Source: Flaccisagitta enflata (taxonomy: Eukaryota). From it: a stretch of 64,000 nucleotides of DNA. The stretch's first letter is position 1; every line of letters begins with the position of its first letter. Positions 1 to 13,513 of this stretch are shown here, one piece after another. Position numbers and translations under genes: made by a program. Where the stretch lies: NCBI GenBank assembly GCA_965153355.1, contig OZ231126.1:30752001-30816000 (forward strand), in the 5' to 3' direction. The notes below the pieces were generated by a model. The model worked only from the letters and a program-made list of their open reading frames with translations, had not been told where the DNA came from and made no database searches.

Positions 1-17
1 ATTTCCTTCTCGCTTTA

Positions 18-55
<38 letters not shown>

Positions 56-63
56 ATCTTTAA

Positions 64-94
<31 letters not shown>

Positions 95-142
95 TATCTT
101 TCATTCTTTGTTTCTTTCCTTCTTTTTCTCTTTGTTTCTTTG

Positions 143-199
<57 letters not shown>

Positions 200-477
200 G
201 TCTTTCTGTCTTTCTTTCTTTTCAAGAAAGATCAATTTTTTTTTCAGCAACCCTGTGAAGACGAACTCCTGTTTAACACAGGGGGACTTCCATTCTTATT
301 TGTCACTCCGTTTGTATGTTTATGTGTTTATCTCCCCCCCCCCCACTTATCAAGCCTCATGCCCCTAGGCCCCTCAGGCCGGGTATTGCGGAATACATTT
401 TATGTTTGAGCAACTGGATTTTTTTCTTTCCTGCTTTTTTGCCATCCTTCTTTCCCTCCTCCCTCCATTTCTGTTTT

Positions 478-551
<74 letters not shown>

Positions 552-898
552 TTTCTTTCCCCTTTCTTATCTCTCTTCCTTTCCCTCTTTTCTTTCTGTT
601 TTTCTCTGTTTTTCTTTCTTTCTTTCCTCTTTTCTTTATTTCATTCTTTCCTCTTCTTTCTCTTTTCTTTATTTTATCTTTCCTTCTGTTTAACCTTTCT
701 TCTTGTTCTTGATCTTTTTTTTTTCTCTCTCTCTCTCTCTCTTTGAAGACAGTAGGTATGTCGGGCCCGCTGTTTTTCTGTTGGGCACGCTAAATCTGAT
801 GGGAGCGGGCCCGACTGGCCCGCTCAAAAAAATCACTAAGATCAGGGCTGTATATATATATATTTTGAAAAACACTAGCACGAATGTTAGTAATCTCA

Positions 899-937
<39 letters not shown>

Positions 938-942
<5 letters not shown>

Positions 943-1349
943 CTTGACTCAGTAAAAAAGCCAAACTTTTAAAAGGCAAATTGTTGTAGTAAATTACAAA
1001 ATAATTAATTAAAATCTTAGACCATTAGAAAGCTCTTGAAAACATCTTTTATTTGGCTCTAATCTGGTAATTCTAGCTTTATTCATTTAGAAATGGCATA
1101 AGAATGAGTGGAAACGTTGCCATTATCAGTTTGCAATCCTATTGAAAAATGAGCATTTTTGCAAATTAGAAGATAACTTTGACAAGCTCTAGCTCCTAAA
1201 CCGTTTGAGATAAAGATCTGGGATAAGTCTAGAATGAAAGAAAACTTGAAAATCTTTAAAATCACTTTAACAGAAAAATGTTCAAATGATTTTTTTTTCT
1301 CATTTTAACTACTCAAAATAGGGTGAGGCTGTTTTTTTTAGTCGAGTAG
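938..1349. mobile_element. Tc1/mariner-type MITE, copy 1
   Basis: TIRs CTACTTGACTCAGTAAAAAAGCC / GGCTGTTTTTTTTAGTCGAGTAG with TA on both sides; a closely similar copy lies at 4825-5190. Confidence 0.8.
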
Positions 1350-1352
1350 TAT

Positions 1353-2425
1353 ACCATCTTGGTCAAAATAAAAGTCCCACCTGTATAGCTAATTTGTGAT
1401 GAGACAACTTTAAAAAACCTATTAAAATCAGTGACTATTGGAAAAACCTTGAAAAAATCTTCAAAAAGGCGCCATGCAGAGCTCAGAAGCTCAATTTGTT
1501 TAGATTTTAGAGCTAAAAGAGTGAAAATGTTTACCTCAACAAAAAACAAACAAGGTCAACAAACCTTAGTCGCGTGGTAATGAGGGTAATAAAGGTAATA
1601 AAGGTAAAAAAGGTAATTAAGGTAATTAAGGTGATAAAGATAATGAAGATAACTAAATACCTATATCTTCCTATAATTACCCACATTTACCTACAACTAC
1701 CTGTAATTACCTACAATTACATTAGATTACCATAAATTATCTATAATCACCTATAATTACCCATTATATCCTATATTTCCTACAATTACCTCAATTTATA
1801 GTCCGAGACAACTTTTCTGACTTATATGATACAGATTACTAAAATACCTACATTTACCTATAATTACCTAAAATTTCCTAAAATTACCTATAATTACCAA
1901 AAATTACCTATAATTACCTTTTATAACCTTCAATAACCTTTAAAACGACTATAAAGCCTTTATTTCAAAAAAGTTACCGACCGACAGACCGACCGACCGA
2001 CATAGCGGCTTCTAGAGTCGCGTTCACGCGACTAAAAATATGCAAAAAATGAAAGGAAAAGAATTGACCTGTTTATTTTCACATTTTCTTGGCTTATTAT
2101 GTCATAATCATATAAAAATCAGTGACCATTGGAAAGAGCTTTAAAAAATCTGCCTAATGCCGCCAAGCAGATTCTTTTAGGTCAAACCATTTAGATTTTA
2201 TGAATTTATATCAAAATGAATAAACCTTGATCTGAAAGCGCTAAAGCCAAAAATTATTTAAAAAATCAAAGGACTTGTTGTACAAAATTGTTGAAAAATC
2301 CTTCATCTAAGTCTACCTTAATGATTACAAATGATATTTGGTACCAAAATTGAATTTTGTACAGGAAATAACAGCAATAAATAACTATACTGTCTTACTT
2401 GGACTTTTATTTTGGCCAAGATGGT
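1353..2425. mobile_element. Tc1/mariner-type MITE with nested HINE
   Basis: TIRs ACCATCTTGGTCAAAATAAAAGTCC / GGACTTTTATTTTGGCCAAGATGGT. Confidence 0.8.
1548..2038 (-). mobile_element. HINE/DINE-1-like (Helentron-associated) element with an internal TAATTACC-type array
   Basis: AACAAGG end, subterminal AGTCGCGTG, (GACC)n microsatellite, terminal hairpin AGTCGCGTTCACGCGACT followed by an A-run. Confidence 0.7.
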
Positions 2426-3119
2426 GCATGTATATAATATATAAATATATGAAAAAAAATCAGTGTTGCGGAAATTGTAATGAAAATTGATGCACAAATT
2501 TATCCAATTATTGATGAAGCAGAAAGAGACACAGTCATTTGACGCGTTTCATTTGAAAACTCATCAGAAATGAACTGAAACCAGCGAAAATATGATAAAA
2601 ATTAAATAATATCACAATGAAAGACAATCTGCATCAAAATAATGTATCAAAATAATAATAAAATCACATTTGTTTTGAATTTAGTAACATGAAATATGAA
2701 TTGAGTCATATCGAAAATGAATTAAGTAAAATTGAATATGCATTGAGTCACAAGGTTGAGCGAAAAAGTCCTTTGCATAAAGAGATATTGAGTTTAAAGA
2801 AATCTCTTGGGCACACAGAATGGAAGAGGATATTCGATCCTCAGTGGTCATTCAGTCAGTGTAACGGACAAGTAGAGACATCTTGCAATATATATATACT
2901 ATATACTATATAATACTTGAGGTAGTGACAACCAGCGGGCTGAAATGACACTGCCCATAGCCCCTGCCCATTGGAAATACCATCTTATTAGGGCCATTGC
3001 CACTGCCTCTGCCTGAGATCCAACTGCTAACATGATCTCAATCACTCACCACCCCTTTTCCCACTACTATACCACCCTCTCCCTTCTTCTACAATATTGA
3101 CCCTACTTAGATAGTTGTC

Positions 3120-4690
3120 AGTGCTGCTGCCACTGCCTCCGCCGCCGCCTCTGCCTCTGCCTCTGCTACAACAAATCTGTCTACATGATCTCAATCTCCC
3201 GCCGCCGCCTCCTCCATTTGTTTTGTATCATGGGTATTTTCATTGTAGAGATTACTTTCAGCTGCTACAATCTCTTTAACGACCCCGCCGCCACCTCCTC
3301 CTGCTGCTGCTGCTGCTGCTCCTCCTCCTCCTCCACCGCCGCCGCTTCCACTCCTCGTCCTTCTCCGCCGCCGCCGCCGCCGCCTCCTATCCTCCTCGTC
3401 CCTCTCCGCTGCCGCTGACGCCTCCACTCCTCCTCATCCTTCTCCTCCGCCGCCGCCGCCGCATCCACTCCTCCTCGTCTTTCTCCGCCTCCGCCGCCGC
3501 CTCCACTCCTCCTCGTCCTTCTCCGCCGCCGCCACCTCCACTCCTCCTCGTCCTTCTCCGCCGCCGCCGCCTCCTCTCCTCCTCCTCCTCCGCCGCCGCC
3601 GCAGCCTCCTCTCCTCCTTGTTCTTCTCCGCCGCCGCCGCCGCCTCCACTCCTCGTCCTTCTCTGCCAACGCCGCCGCCTCCTCTCCTCCTTGTCCTTCT
3701 CCGCCGCCGCCGCCGCCGCCGCCTCTTACCTCCTCCTTCACCGCCGCCTCCTCTCCTCATCCTCCTCCTCCTCTTCCCACTCTGCTGTCGCCGCCGCCGC
3801 TGCCGCCGCCTCCTCCTCCTCCTCTGCCGCCACTGCCTCCTCCTCCTCCTCCTCCCCAACTGCCGCTGCCGCCTCCTTTACAAAAAAAAAATAATAAAAA
3901 AATTTAAAGAACATTTTATAAAATATCAAAAAAAGAATCAAATTTAAAAGAAATCAAATAAAAGAAATGAAAAAAAACAAGGTCATTAGACCTAAGTCGC
4001 GTGCGTCGGCACTTTCAAAAAAAGTCAGACAGACAGACAGACAAACAATTTTCTGCAAATAGGCATTTGAAATGGTTATTTACTCCACAAAATTTCGTTT
4101 CTACCATCCAGATGTAAAAAGCGCTTTAAAAAGCCTTTAAAACAGTTTTGTGACCGACCGACGGACGGACTGACCGACGGACGGACGGACCGACGGACCG
4201 ACCAAAAAGTGGCTTATAGAGTCGCGTAGCACGCGACTAAAAAGAAAAAGAAAATCTAAAAAAATATTTGAAATGAATTAAAAGAATAATTAAAAAAAAA
4301 TTCAAGGAGAGGAGGCAGAGGCGGCGGCGGCGGCGGCGGCGGCTGCAGTGGAGGAGGAGGAGGAGGAGGAGGAGGCAAGCGGAGGAGGAGGAGGCTATGG
4401 CGGAGAAGGAGGAGGCGGGCAGTGGGAGGAGGAGGCGGCGTGGGGGGGAGGAGGAGGGAGAGGTTGAGGAGAGGAGGTGGTGGCAAGGGAGGAGGAGGAA
4501 TGAGGAGGCAGTGGTGGTTGAGGAGGAGGAGGATGTGGAGGTGGGAGAGAATATTTTTTTCACTTTAATGGTGAGGAAGATGAGTACTACACATTGTGTA
4601 GCAGCATGGGAGGGGGCAACAAAGCTGGTGAGGGCGGCGGTGGCAGGAGAGGGGCTATAACAGTGGAGGCAGAGGCGGCGGTGGCAGGTC
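3120..4690. repeat. GCC/TCC-rich low-complexity block and its GGC/GGA inverted counterpart flanking a HINE
   Basis: (GCC/TCC)n at 3120-3880, (GGC/GGA)n at 4305-4690. Confidence 0.7.
3975..4243 (-). mobile_element. HINE/DINE-1-like element
   Basis: AACAAGGTC...AGTCGCGTG, (GACC/GACG)n, hairpin AGTCGCGTAGCACGCGACT. Confidence 0.7.
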
Positions 4691-4824
4691 CACTGTTATT
4701 TTTGAGTCAAATTTGAGACAGACCACTGGGAGTCAATGGGTGTAATACTTTAATAGTATTGATAATAGTATTAGTAATAGTGCTCCTAAGATTAGTACAA
4801 GAGTGCAAGTCCCTGGTCATGATA

Positions 4825-5190
4825 AACTACTCGACTCAATAAAAAAGCCGCACTTTTAGATAGCAAATTGTCATGCTGAATTTCAAAAAAAACTAATCAA
4901 AATCTTGGACCGTTAAAAAGCTCTTGAAAAGATCTTTCATTTGGCTCCAATCTGCTAATTCTAGCTTTACTCTTTTAGAAATTGCATAAGAATGAGTAGA
5001 AACATTGCAATTATCAGTTTGCAATCCCATTGAAAAATGAGCATTTTTACAAATTAGAAGATAACTTTGAAAAGCTCTAGCTCCTAAACCGTTTGAGATA
5101 CCTTTGAGTACCAGAAAAATGTTCAAATGATTTCTTTTCCTTCTACATCAACTCAAAATTGGGTGCGGCTTTTTTTTTTTAGTCGAGTAG
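4825..5190. mobile_element. Tc1/mariner-type MITE, copy 2
   Basis: TIRs CTACTCGACTCAATAAAAAAGCCGCAC / GTGCGGCTTTTTTTTTTAGTCGAGTAG, TA flanks; homologous to 938-1349. Confidence 0.8.
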
Positions 5191-5699
5191 TAACTGCTCC
5201 ACGCGTGTGTTTCATGATAAGTGGAACAATATCCCTCACTATACCCAAACTAATGAATATGTCACAATGTCTGATCAAATCGTCATCATCAACGTTGTAC
5301 CTGGATCTTTTTTCTTCAGGCGAAACGGTCGTGCCCGTGGACTCGCTCAAGACGCACAAGATGTGATCATGTGACGACGCTTTTTCGACTCGTCAACCCT
5401 GATGGCTTCAGACTGTGACTTGGACTCTCATATTTTCTCGATGCTTGATACAAATGACACGACTGACTGTTCTACCTTCTCGTCGGATGCGTCAATACAT
5501 CGTCAAATAGCGGACGATTTATCGCCCCACCCTTGATCGCCTCCGCCCCCTCCACCCAACCCACCGAACTCACCAACCGAACCAGCGTCAGACTTAAATT
5601 CATACATGTTACCAATGCTTGATACGAAGGATACTTACGACGATTCTGCCATCTCGTCCAACCAGTTCATTGACTTAAGTTGCGGACTTTCAATATTCG

Positions 5700-5833
5700 C
5701 TTTGACATGTTGACATGTAGACATGTTGACATGTTGACATGTTGAAATGTTGACTGTTGACATGTTGACTTTCAATCTTCGCTTTGACATGTTCTATGTT
5801 GACATGTTGACATGTTGATGCCAAATAACAACG

Positions 5834-5921
<88 letters not shown>

Positions 5922-5960
5922 AAACAACAACAACAAAACAACAACAACAAAAACAACAAT
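5700..5960. repeat. (TGTTGACA)n 8-mer array followed by (AAC)n
   Basis: direct reading. Confidence 0.9.
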
Positions 5961-6705
5961 GCATTTCTCATTTCAAGCATTAAGTCATTTTGCACATTTC
6001 ACGAATGTTTGCCGTCTTCGCCACTGACACGTCATAGACTTAAAGAGAGCAGACGTATGAAAACTTCACATCTTACCAAAAAAGTCCAGTGGAAATAGCC
6101 TGACCGATCGTGGAGTTGAGATGTTGATTGTTGATGATCATCAATATCAAAATGACAAGGGATCTTGCTGCGTATTGCTTTTTTCGTTTTTACATCTTGA
6201 ACGTTATCATTATTTTGAGCTTCTATGTCTTTCATTCTAACGCGGTCCGGTCGATGTCTTACATTCTAGTTGCGACAGTTTGGTTTCTGAAATTTGTTTT
6301 AATTCTACGCTCAAATGTTGAAATTTTATGTGCTGCGTACGTTTTATTCTAGTTGTTACACGCTCAATATCCTGCTAATCCTTATATCAAATAAACATTG
6401 GAAATTTAATGTTTTTCTGCTGGGCAAGTGGAAATTCCGTTGAGTTCAAAATAGTGAAAGATTTGATGGGTTAACGGACCTGCTGGTTATAAACACTTGG
6501 ATGTGGTCAGTCATGCATTTATGGCCAGTCATGCTGTTGTGGTTGTTTTGGTTCCATTTGCAGTACAAGTATTTGCAACAAAAACGCGGATAGAAAACAT
6601 GAATTTTTAGTTTATAAGCGCGGCAGCGCGCTGGCAGAATTCTATTCCAAGAGCTTGTGTACACTGTACAGGGTCACCCACCTGAGTAGTTAGATTCTGT
6701 TAAGC

Positions 6706-6894
6706 TTTTTAGTCGAGTGCTACGCAACTCTACAACCCGCTTTGTCGGTCCGTCTGTCTGTTGGTCCGTCGGTCCAGCAGTCCATCACACTTTACTTTTT
6801 AGCTATACCGCTCCTGCCCAAATGCTCCACTGACTACTAATATGGCCCCTGCCCACCCGCATGTGACTGGGATAGCCGTGTATCCAGCCTTGTT
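6706..6894 (+). mobile_element. short HINE-like element
   Basis: TTTTAGTCGAGTGCTACGCAACT hairpin, GTCC/GTCT microsatellite, GCCGTGTATCCAGCCTTGTT end. Confidence 0.7.
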
Positions 6895-7107
6895 CTCAGA
6901 GATGCAAAGAATCATGGATCTGAAATTTAAAGAGTGGTGAAGAGTATAGTTTAGTATTATTGTATCAAGATTTTATCAGTGGTACTTAATAAGAATTTGA
7001 AGCAAAATCGCACTGAGCAGAACGCATGAAAAATACAAAAAATTTGCAGCTATTGATTTTCATTATTTATCGATTTTAGTAACAGATAGTGGATTGATCA
7101 CAAATGA

Positions 7108-7988
7108 TAGAACTGGCCGGATCAAGCAACATCGCATCCTGACTGTGTCCCTGCGTGTATTGACTTTGGGGCTAGACTTGGATGGATAGGCAGATGAAAA
7201 GACAATGATTTGAGAGGCTCTCAAAACATCCTAATGAGTGATTGACTTGATACGTAATACCGGGTGGACATAAAAAAGGTAGCTCTGTATCTAAATGAAA
7301 TAAAAACTGTCTTTAACTGCTGATTTTGTGAATATTTGAAAAGGTGAATTTTGGAATTTTTATGTAAGTTGGACAACATTACCACTCAAAAATATTTAAA
7401 ATAAGGACTAGAGCCTTTGGAGCTCTTGCAAATTCAAATTATGTATGATAAATAAAAATATTTTTTTTCTGAGCATTACTGCTTCTATTGAACAAAAATG
7501 ATAATTGGTGATTATTGATGTTTTAGATGTGTATTTGTTTTTTTACTAAAAATGTCTTGGTTTTTATACTTTCGTAAGACTCACTTTAATTCAACTATCT
7601 TTATTTAAAAGTAGACTTTGTTAGAATCACTGATTTTCAGTCCAATCTAAGCAAAATTCTTTAAATGGTCCCTAATTCAATTCAGTTTTTTAAAGATAAA
7701 ATGAAAAATATTGATCGTCATAAAAAATGTTTATAGTAGAACATATAGGCCAAGATCATATCTAGATAGTTAAAAAAAAATTCTTTTCTGAGGAGAAATT
7801 TTAAAATTAATGTCAAAAAAATTAAAAGCTACTTTTTAAAGACCACCCATTATCCTGGCGGCAGACAAGTGCCAAAAACTGCAATTTTTCAGGAGGTGTA
7901 ATGGACATACAGAATTACAGATAGACCGACCAACAGATGGATGGACGGATAGGCCCTCTTATAGGGATGCCTGGACGCATCAGAAAAT
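7108..7988 (-). mobile_element. HINE-like element (GATGCGTC subfamily) interrupted by a MITE
   Basis: ends match the reverse complement of 9783-10574 (CGCATCCTGACTGTGTCC; CTCTTATAGGGATGCCTGGACGCATC). Confidence 0.6.
7260..7850. mobile_element. mariner-type MITE
   Basis: TA-CCGGGTGGACATAAAAAAAGGTAGC ... GCTACTTTTTAAAGACCACCCAT-TA (degenerate TIR). Confidence 0.6.
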
Positions 7989-8395
7989 TGGTTAACACTT
8001 AAAATTACATCAACATACCTTTCATTCTAGGCCAATCATGCATCAGGGGCCCTTATTGTTCAGAAAAGATAATGAAGTGCAGTTGCATCATTTTTGGATT
8101 TCAATTAAAAATCTGCTCAACAAGGAAATATTAGCTTTAACTTCAAATCTGCATAATAAAACAATCTATTTGGCCCACAATGATGAAATCTTGATAAAAA
8201 ACATGTATCTATATTCTATAAGACCTATTCAATTTCAAATCCATAATTCTTTGCATTTTTTAGACAAAGCTTTACAGAATCCGACAACTCTGTAGGATGA
8301 CCTGGTACATTAAGTTTCAATTTTCATCAACGGTAATTTAAGTACCTCCTTGAATGGCTTATGGAATCTTTTTCCTTGCCTCATTGACTTCCTGC

Positions 8396-8444
<49 letters not shown>

Positions 8445-8709
8445 CATGGCCATGGCAAATTGAGGATGACAGGTAACCCAAAGACGTGTGCCATAACCAC
8501 ATTTATCACAAAATAAGCGGGGTAGCGACAAGCATCGGTATTGGAAGCACAACTGCTATGGTCTGACAACCGACTACCGACTACCGACATATTGAGTGAC
8601 ATTTTTTGTTTGCTTGCAAACGATACTTGAGGTGGGTAGGTTAGTCCTTCGGTGCATAACTTTTTAGATGCGTCCTCGCATCTCTATAAGAGGGTCTGTC
8701 CGTCCGTCG

Positions 8710-9668
8710 CACTGTAGGCTAAGGATTGGGCTAGGTGGCTCCTTCGGTATTTGGATGACAATTTTTATCTCTGCTACACGGCTGAAACTATGTAGAATAG
8801 TCAAAGTAACATATGAACATGCATTACCTGTCCATATGGCAGCTTTTTTGCCGTTTTTGAGTAAAAAAAAAGCGCCTAAAGTGGACTCTTTCACGAAAAT
8901 CGCAAAATTTCAACAAAAATCAGTAAATTTTTACATTATTTGTTTAGAATGAAAAAAAGCTTTTGAAATCTCCATTATTGGATTAGATTCCTTCATTGAT
9001 GTCTAAATGGCTAGAAAAGTTTTAAAAAAACATATTTTTCACATATCTGAGACAGATAAATTACCTTATTATTTTCAAATATTTGACCTAGTTTTCGTGA
9101 TTTTTTTGCCCTTTGACCAAAAAAATCGCACAAAGATGCACAACATGAAACCTATGCCAAAATGTGGCTAAAGGTGTCCTGAATTGAGAATATTATGGCT
9201 CAGGACGTACAGCTCCGTACTAACAGCGATTTTTTTGGCCTAAAATGGACAAGTAATAATGTGGATAAAAGTAAAAATCTATATTTGTTTGAATGAAAAA
9301 TGAGCAAAATGAGCTAAATGTGCAAAAAACTGATTTTTTTTGAGCACCTTATTGAGGAATCTTATTGAACAAAGACAACAATTTCATTGATTTGGTCAAA
9401 ACTTTAAACAATTTAAGCATTAAATGTAAGAGAATTTAGCAGCATTTTTCTCTTGATTTTCTTAAATTTCTCTTCTTTTGTATACTAAGCTCATAAAGCT
9501 TTTAATCCGGTAGAAATGATTCAATATGGGGTATAAATAGTTCCACAACATCTGAAAATATGCAGAAAAAGGTTTTTCACTTTGTATATTTCATAAGCGA
9601 AAACTAAATGGAAAAGTTGTAATGTTAATCCCCAATGAGCCACCTAGCGCACATTACAGCCCATAGTG
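8710..9668. mobile_element. non-autonomous Transib-type element inserted in a HINE microsatellite
   Basis: TIRs CACTGTAGGCTAAGGATTGGGCTAGGTGGCTC / rc CACTATGGGCTGTAATGTGCGCTAGGTGGCTC; perfect 5-bp TSD CGTCG (8705-8709, 9669-9673). Confidence 0.85.
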
Positions 9669-9782
9669 CGTCGGTCCGTCCGTCCGTCGGTCCGTCCGTA
9701 TGTTCCGCAGTTTTCAGCACTTCTCTGCCGTGGCGATGTCGCCTATCAAACCGAATGCTCTTTTAGATGATTTGAGCCCCTG

Positions 9783-10574
9783 TTTTAGATGCGTCCTCGC
9801 ATCTCTATAAGAGAGTTCGTCGGTCCGTCCGTCCGTCCGTAATGCCTGTGCGAAAAACGCATTTCTCAACTGTTTTTGGTCATGGCGAGATCATATACTG
9901 AATTAAACGATCGATACGCGTGTTTTGCAGTTTGTCTGTCAGTTCATCAATGCGTCAGCCCATATGTCACCCATTCGGGTGTGTCAAAATGCAAAAGTAT
10001 TTTTGATAACATCATCAACATAAGAGAGTATTAACAAAACAATTCTAAGACTTTTAGCATTCTTATTTTTTCAAATTTCATTCATCTTCCGTTTTTTTAG
10101 CGCGAGAAAAGATTGTCAAAAATATATATACTTCCAGCATCTGCACTAAGCTTTGGTGAAAATAACACCCACAACTTCTTCAAAAATGATTTATAATTGT
10201 TTCTTTTTATAACTTTGGTGATAGATAAACAACTTTTACTTTGATGCAACTAGAATAACACCAAGATATTTATGTAATTAAATTTGATTTAGTTCATGAG
10301 CAATGATACTGATATAAAATCATCAACACAGCAATATACAAATAAGCGCCTAAAAAGGGTTGTGAAAAAAATGGAAGATAAATAAGATTTGATAAAATAA
10401 AAACGCTAAAGGTCTTAAAATTTAATATGTTATGCTGTCTGATGTTGATGGTCTTATCAAAAAACCTTTTGCATATTGACACACCCGAGTCACCCATATT
10501 GTCACACGCTATCAGCGCAAATTTCGCTCCACGTAAGGACACAGTCAGGACGCATCGTTGCGCGGTCGTCTTGT
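9783..10574 (+). mobile_element. HINE-like element (GATGCGTCCTCGCATC subfamily), tandem to another copy at 8662-9785
   Basis: hairpin AGATGCGTCCTCGCATCT, (GTCC)n, 3-prime GGACGCATCGTTG...CTTGTT. Confidence 0.65.
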
Positions 10575-10611
10575 TAAATTGCGAGCGCACCCCGTAATCT
10601 GGGGTGAGATT

Positions 10612-10830
10612 AAACCCCGGGGGTTGCTTGGGATTGCTCGGGGTTGCTTGGGGTTGAACCCCAAGTAAAGCCCGAGGAAACCCCAAGCAACCCAAGCTTG
10701 GGGTTTAATCGGGGTTGCTCGGGGTTTGCTCGGGGTTGCTCGGGGTTGATCGGGTTGCATTGCTAGAAACAATGACAAATGATAGAATCAACCCCGAGCA
10801 ACCCCAAGCAACCCCAAGCAATTCCAAGCA
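10612..10830. repeat. 10-bp GGGGTTGCTY units in direct and inverted clusters
   Basis: GGGGTTGCTC/T arrays alternate with ACCCCAAGCA arrays. Confidence 0.75.
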
Positions 10831-11551
10831 ACTGGTGGAGCGGTTTTTAAATTGTCCTTATTTTGAAAATCTTCAGAATTTAGACCAAAGTAGAACATTG
10901 CGAGATGATACTGATTTACCCTATCGAAAGTATATGCTTTAGCGTTACATGGTCAGCGGTACCCATTGCCCCATCGTTCATCATTATGAATATTTCTTGT
11001 TTTCGCCAGCAAAATGAGCGACAGTACATACAATGCATCATACAGTATAAAGATAAAAAAAAATAATAATAGTGTGCACAGAAACACAGCACAGAAACTG
11101 CAGGGGAACAGAAGCAGTCTAATTTGTATCATGGGTTTGAGTCAGCGTTAAAGATCGTAATTTGACTAAGAGTGGATTGCCAGTTAAACGTAAACATTGT
11201 AGAAAGTTTCGATGTTTTTTAGCAAAGATTTCAATGATTGACTCATAGCCAGAGGGTCGCCGTAACTCCCCAACGATGAAAAGAAAATATAATTCAGTGA
11301 GAATCAGGTTAATAGGGTAGCAGCCTTGGATGGTTAATGATGTATGTTTCACACACAGTAATGTCGTTGTTGCTTCCAAATCATCAAAACTGAATTTGGA
11401 TATTAGGTCTTAGGATCTGACTTAGAGTCTGACTTAGAGCTTTATAGGGCTATTTATAGGGTTTGGAGGGTCTGGTAATAGACTTGGGGCTTGATTGATC
11501 TGACTTTGGGGGCGTGGGCTGGATTTGGAGCATGAGGGGCTTGATTAGATA

Positions 11552-12795
11552 CAGTGCGGCGCATGAATAAGTAGCCAGTACTTTAAAAGCTAATTGAGTC
11601 AATTCTGGCTATCTTAAACACTTAAAATCTGTTAGATTCTTAAAGATCATTAAAAGTTCTACAAATCTAGCTCAATGCCAGACTTTCATCTCAATTTGTT
11701 TAGAATTTATACAAGTTCAAAGAGGAGAAGTAATTTGGAAGAATCTTTCACTGAAACAATATGGACAAAAGACAAAAAGGACTTTGTTTTTCTTTGATTG
11801 ATTGAAAAAAGTCACATTAAAGATTTAAAATCCATGGGCGTTTTAAAAAGCTTCAAAAACTCTTACAAATCTAGTCCAATCAGAGATCTGTAGCAATATT
11901 TGTTTTCATATGACACCAGTATAAAGAAAACAACTCAGTTTTCTGATTGTCAAAAGGGAGCTAATTTTTTGTCCCTTTTTCCCAACGTGGTTTTGATATG
12001 CTTCTATTCAAACTAATGTCACTTCTAAACGAAAAGAGCCACAAATTTGGGATTAGTCTCAAATTAAAGAAAATTGAAAATCCTTTAACATCATCACCAA
12101 CAAATTGACCTTATCATTTCTAGAATAAGCAAAATAACACCCCTGACATAATTAAGCGAACTGGGAAATTGATCAAAATGGAGAGTAAAAATGCGATTTG
12201 AAGCTTGAAATTTGACACAGAGATAACTCAGATATGGTATTTTCACAAACCGAGGCCAAGTGGAGTACATGCTAAACGGTGTGGCCCTGGGAATGTGATA
12301 TGGCAGAAATCGGGAAGACGATTTAGTCTGATTTTGACATGGAAATTCATTTATGAGAAAACACCATGATCTATCACTTATTTTTCTGTATGAGATGAAA
12401 GAAAACTGTCATTCCCAGGTTGTTATTTAACTGCCAGGTAAAAATGAGGCAATGGCACAGAAAGTCAGTCCTAGAGTGCTTCATAAGGTGGGAGAACCCC
12501 TGATGAGAAATGGTGGTTTCTCCAGCAAATTTGTAACTTTTGATAAAAAAACATCATTCTCATATCAATAGAAAGAAGGCATTAGAAGCCTTTTGTTGAC
12601 ACGCATTGGGCATTTTTTGAAGAAAACCTACCAGAAATAGCATATTTTCAAGTTGACTTCAAACTCTGACTTTTGGTGAGCATATTTCAAGGTATTTATA
12701 GACAAACTCTTATCCCAGCTCGCCTAATTTTGTCAGGGGTGTTAGTCTATGTATGTATGTATACAAAAGTGGCAACTTATTTATGCGCCTCACTA
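11552..12795. mobile_element. Tc1-type non-autonomous element
   Basis: TA-CAGTGCGGCGCATGAATAAGTAGCCA ... TGGCAACTTATTTATGCGCCTCACTA-TA. Confidence 0.8.
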
Positions 12796-13513
12796 TATGG
12801 AGGCTTTACAGGTGGAATTTGAGGCTCGACAAGTCTGATTTGGGGTCTGATAGGCTTGATATGGGATATGGCTGGCCAGACTTAAATTTTGGGCTGGTCA
12901 GGCATTTCATGGGCCAAGAAGACATGAATGCCTTATCTTTTGCCTAACTGGCTTGATTTGAAGCTACCTAGGCCTGGTTTGGGGCTGAACTGGCCTCTAT
13001 TGGGGTGTTACAGGTCAAATTTCGGGGTTTGACAGTCCTCATTTGGGGTCTGAGAAGCCAAATTTGAGGCCTTTGAGATTTGAAGAACGGAAAATTGCCT
13101 TTTGCAGAACTAAAGGTCATCGGCCCCTTTGGTGTCGCTGCCCAAAAATAAAGTCTGGCCGAAGCCGGCTGTATGATAACGGAACCTTAAGAAGTGTCAT
13201 TTAACAAACAACATCTAACGACGGTTATGCCATCAGCAATAATGCTATCAACAAAACAACCACCAGCAACAGTTGAATCAAAATGACATTATCATTGCCA
13301 ACAAAATTTAGACCTGAGGCTGAACTTTGAAGGACGATTCTCGAATGACAAAAACAACAACAAGAGCGGAACAAGGTATACAAGTTCCCCACTCACTTGA
13401 TTCCGTCGCAGCTTCCATAATTTCATTTTCGTTGCGGGGAGGATTTGCTGATTTTTGTCCAACGGCCCCAAAGGGGACAACTTCCTGTGGAATAAAGAGG
13501 GACTATGTTTATA

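Noticed and set aside
1-745. Long F/L/S-rich ORFs (and similar ER, SL, CV, N and D ORFs throughout the window)
   Set aside because: They are translations of (TTTC)n, (CT)n, (CA)n, (AAC)n and (GAT)n microsatellites
3185-4660. Poly-R/G/E/A ORFs
   Set aside because: Triplet repeats open in several frames with no domain
5153-6420. Short minus-strand ORFs that look semi-coding
   Set aside because: No recognisable motif or consistent splice phase found
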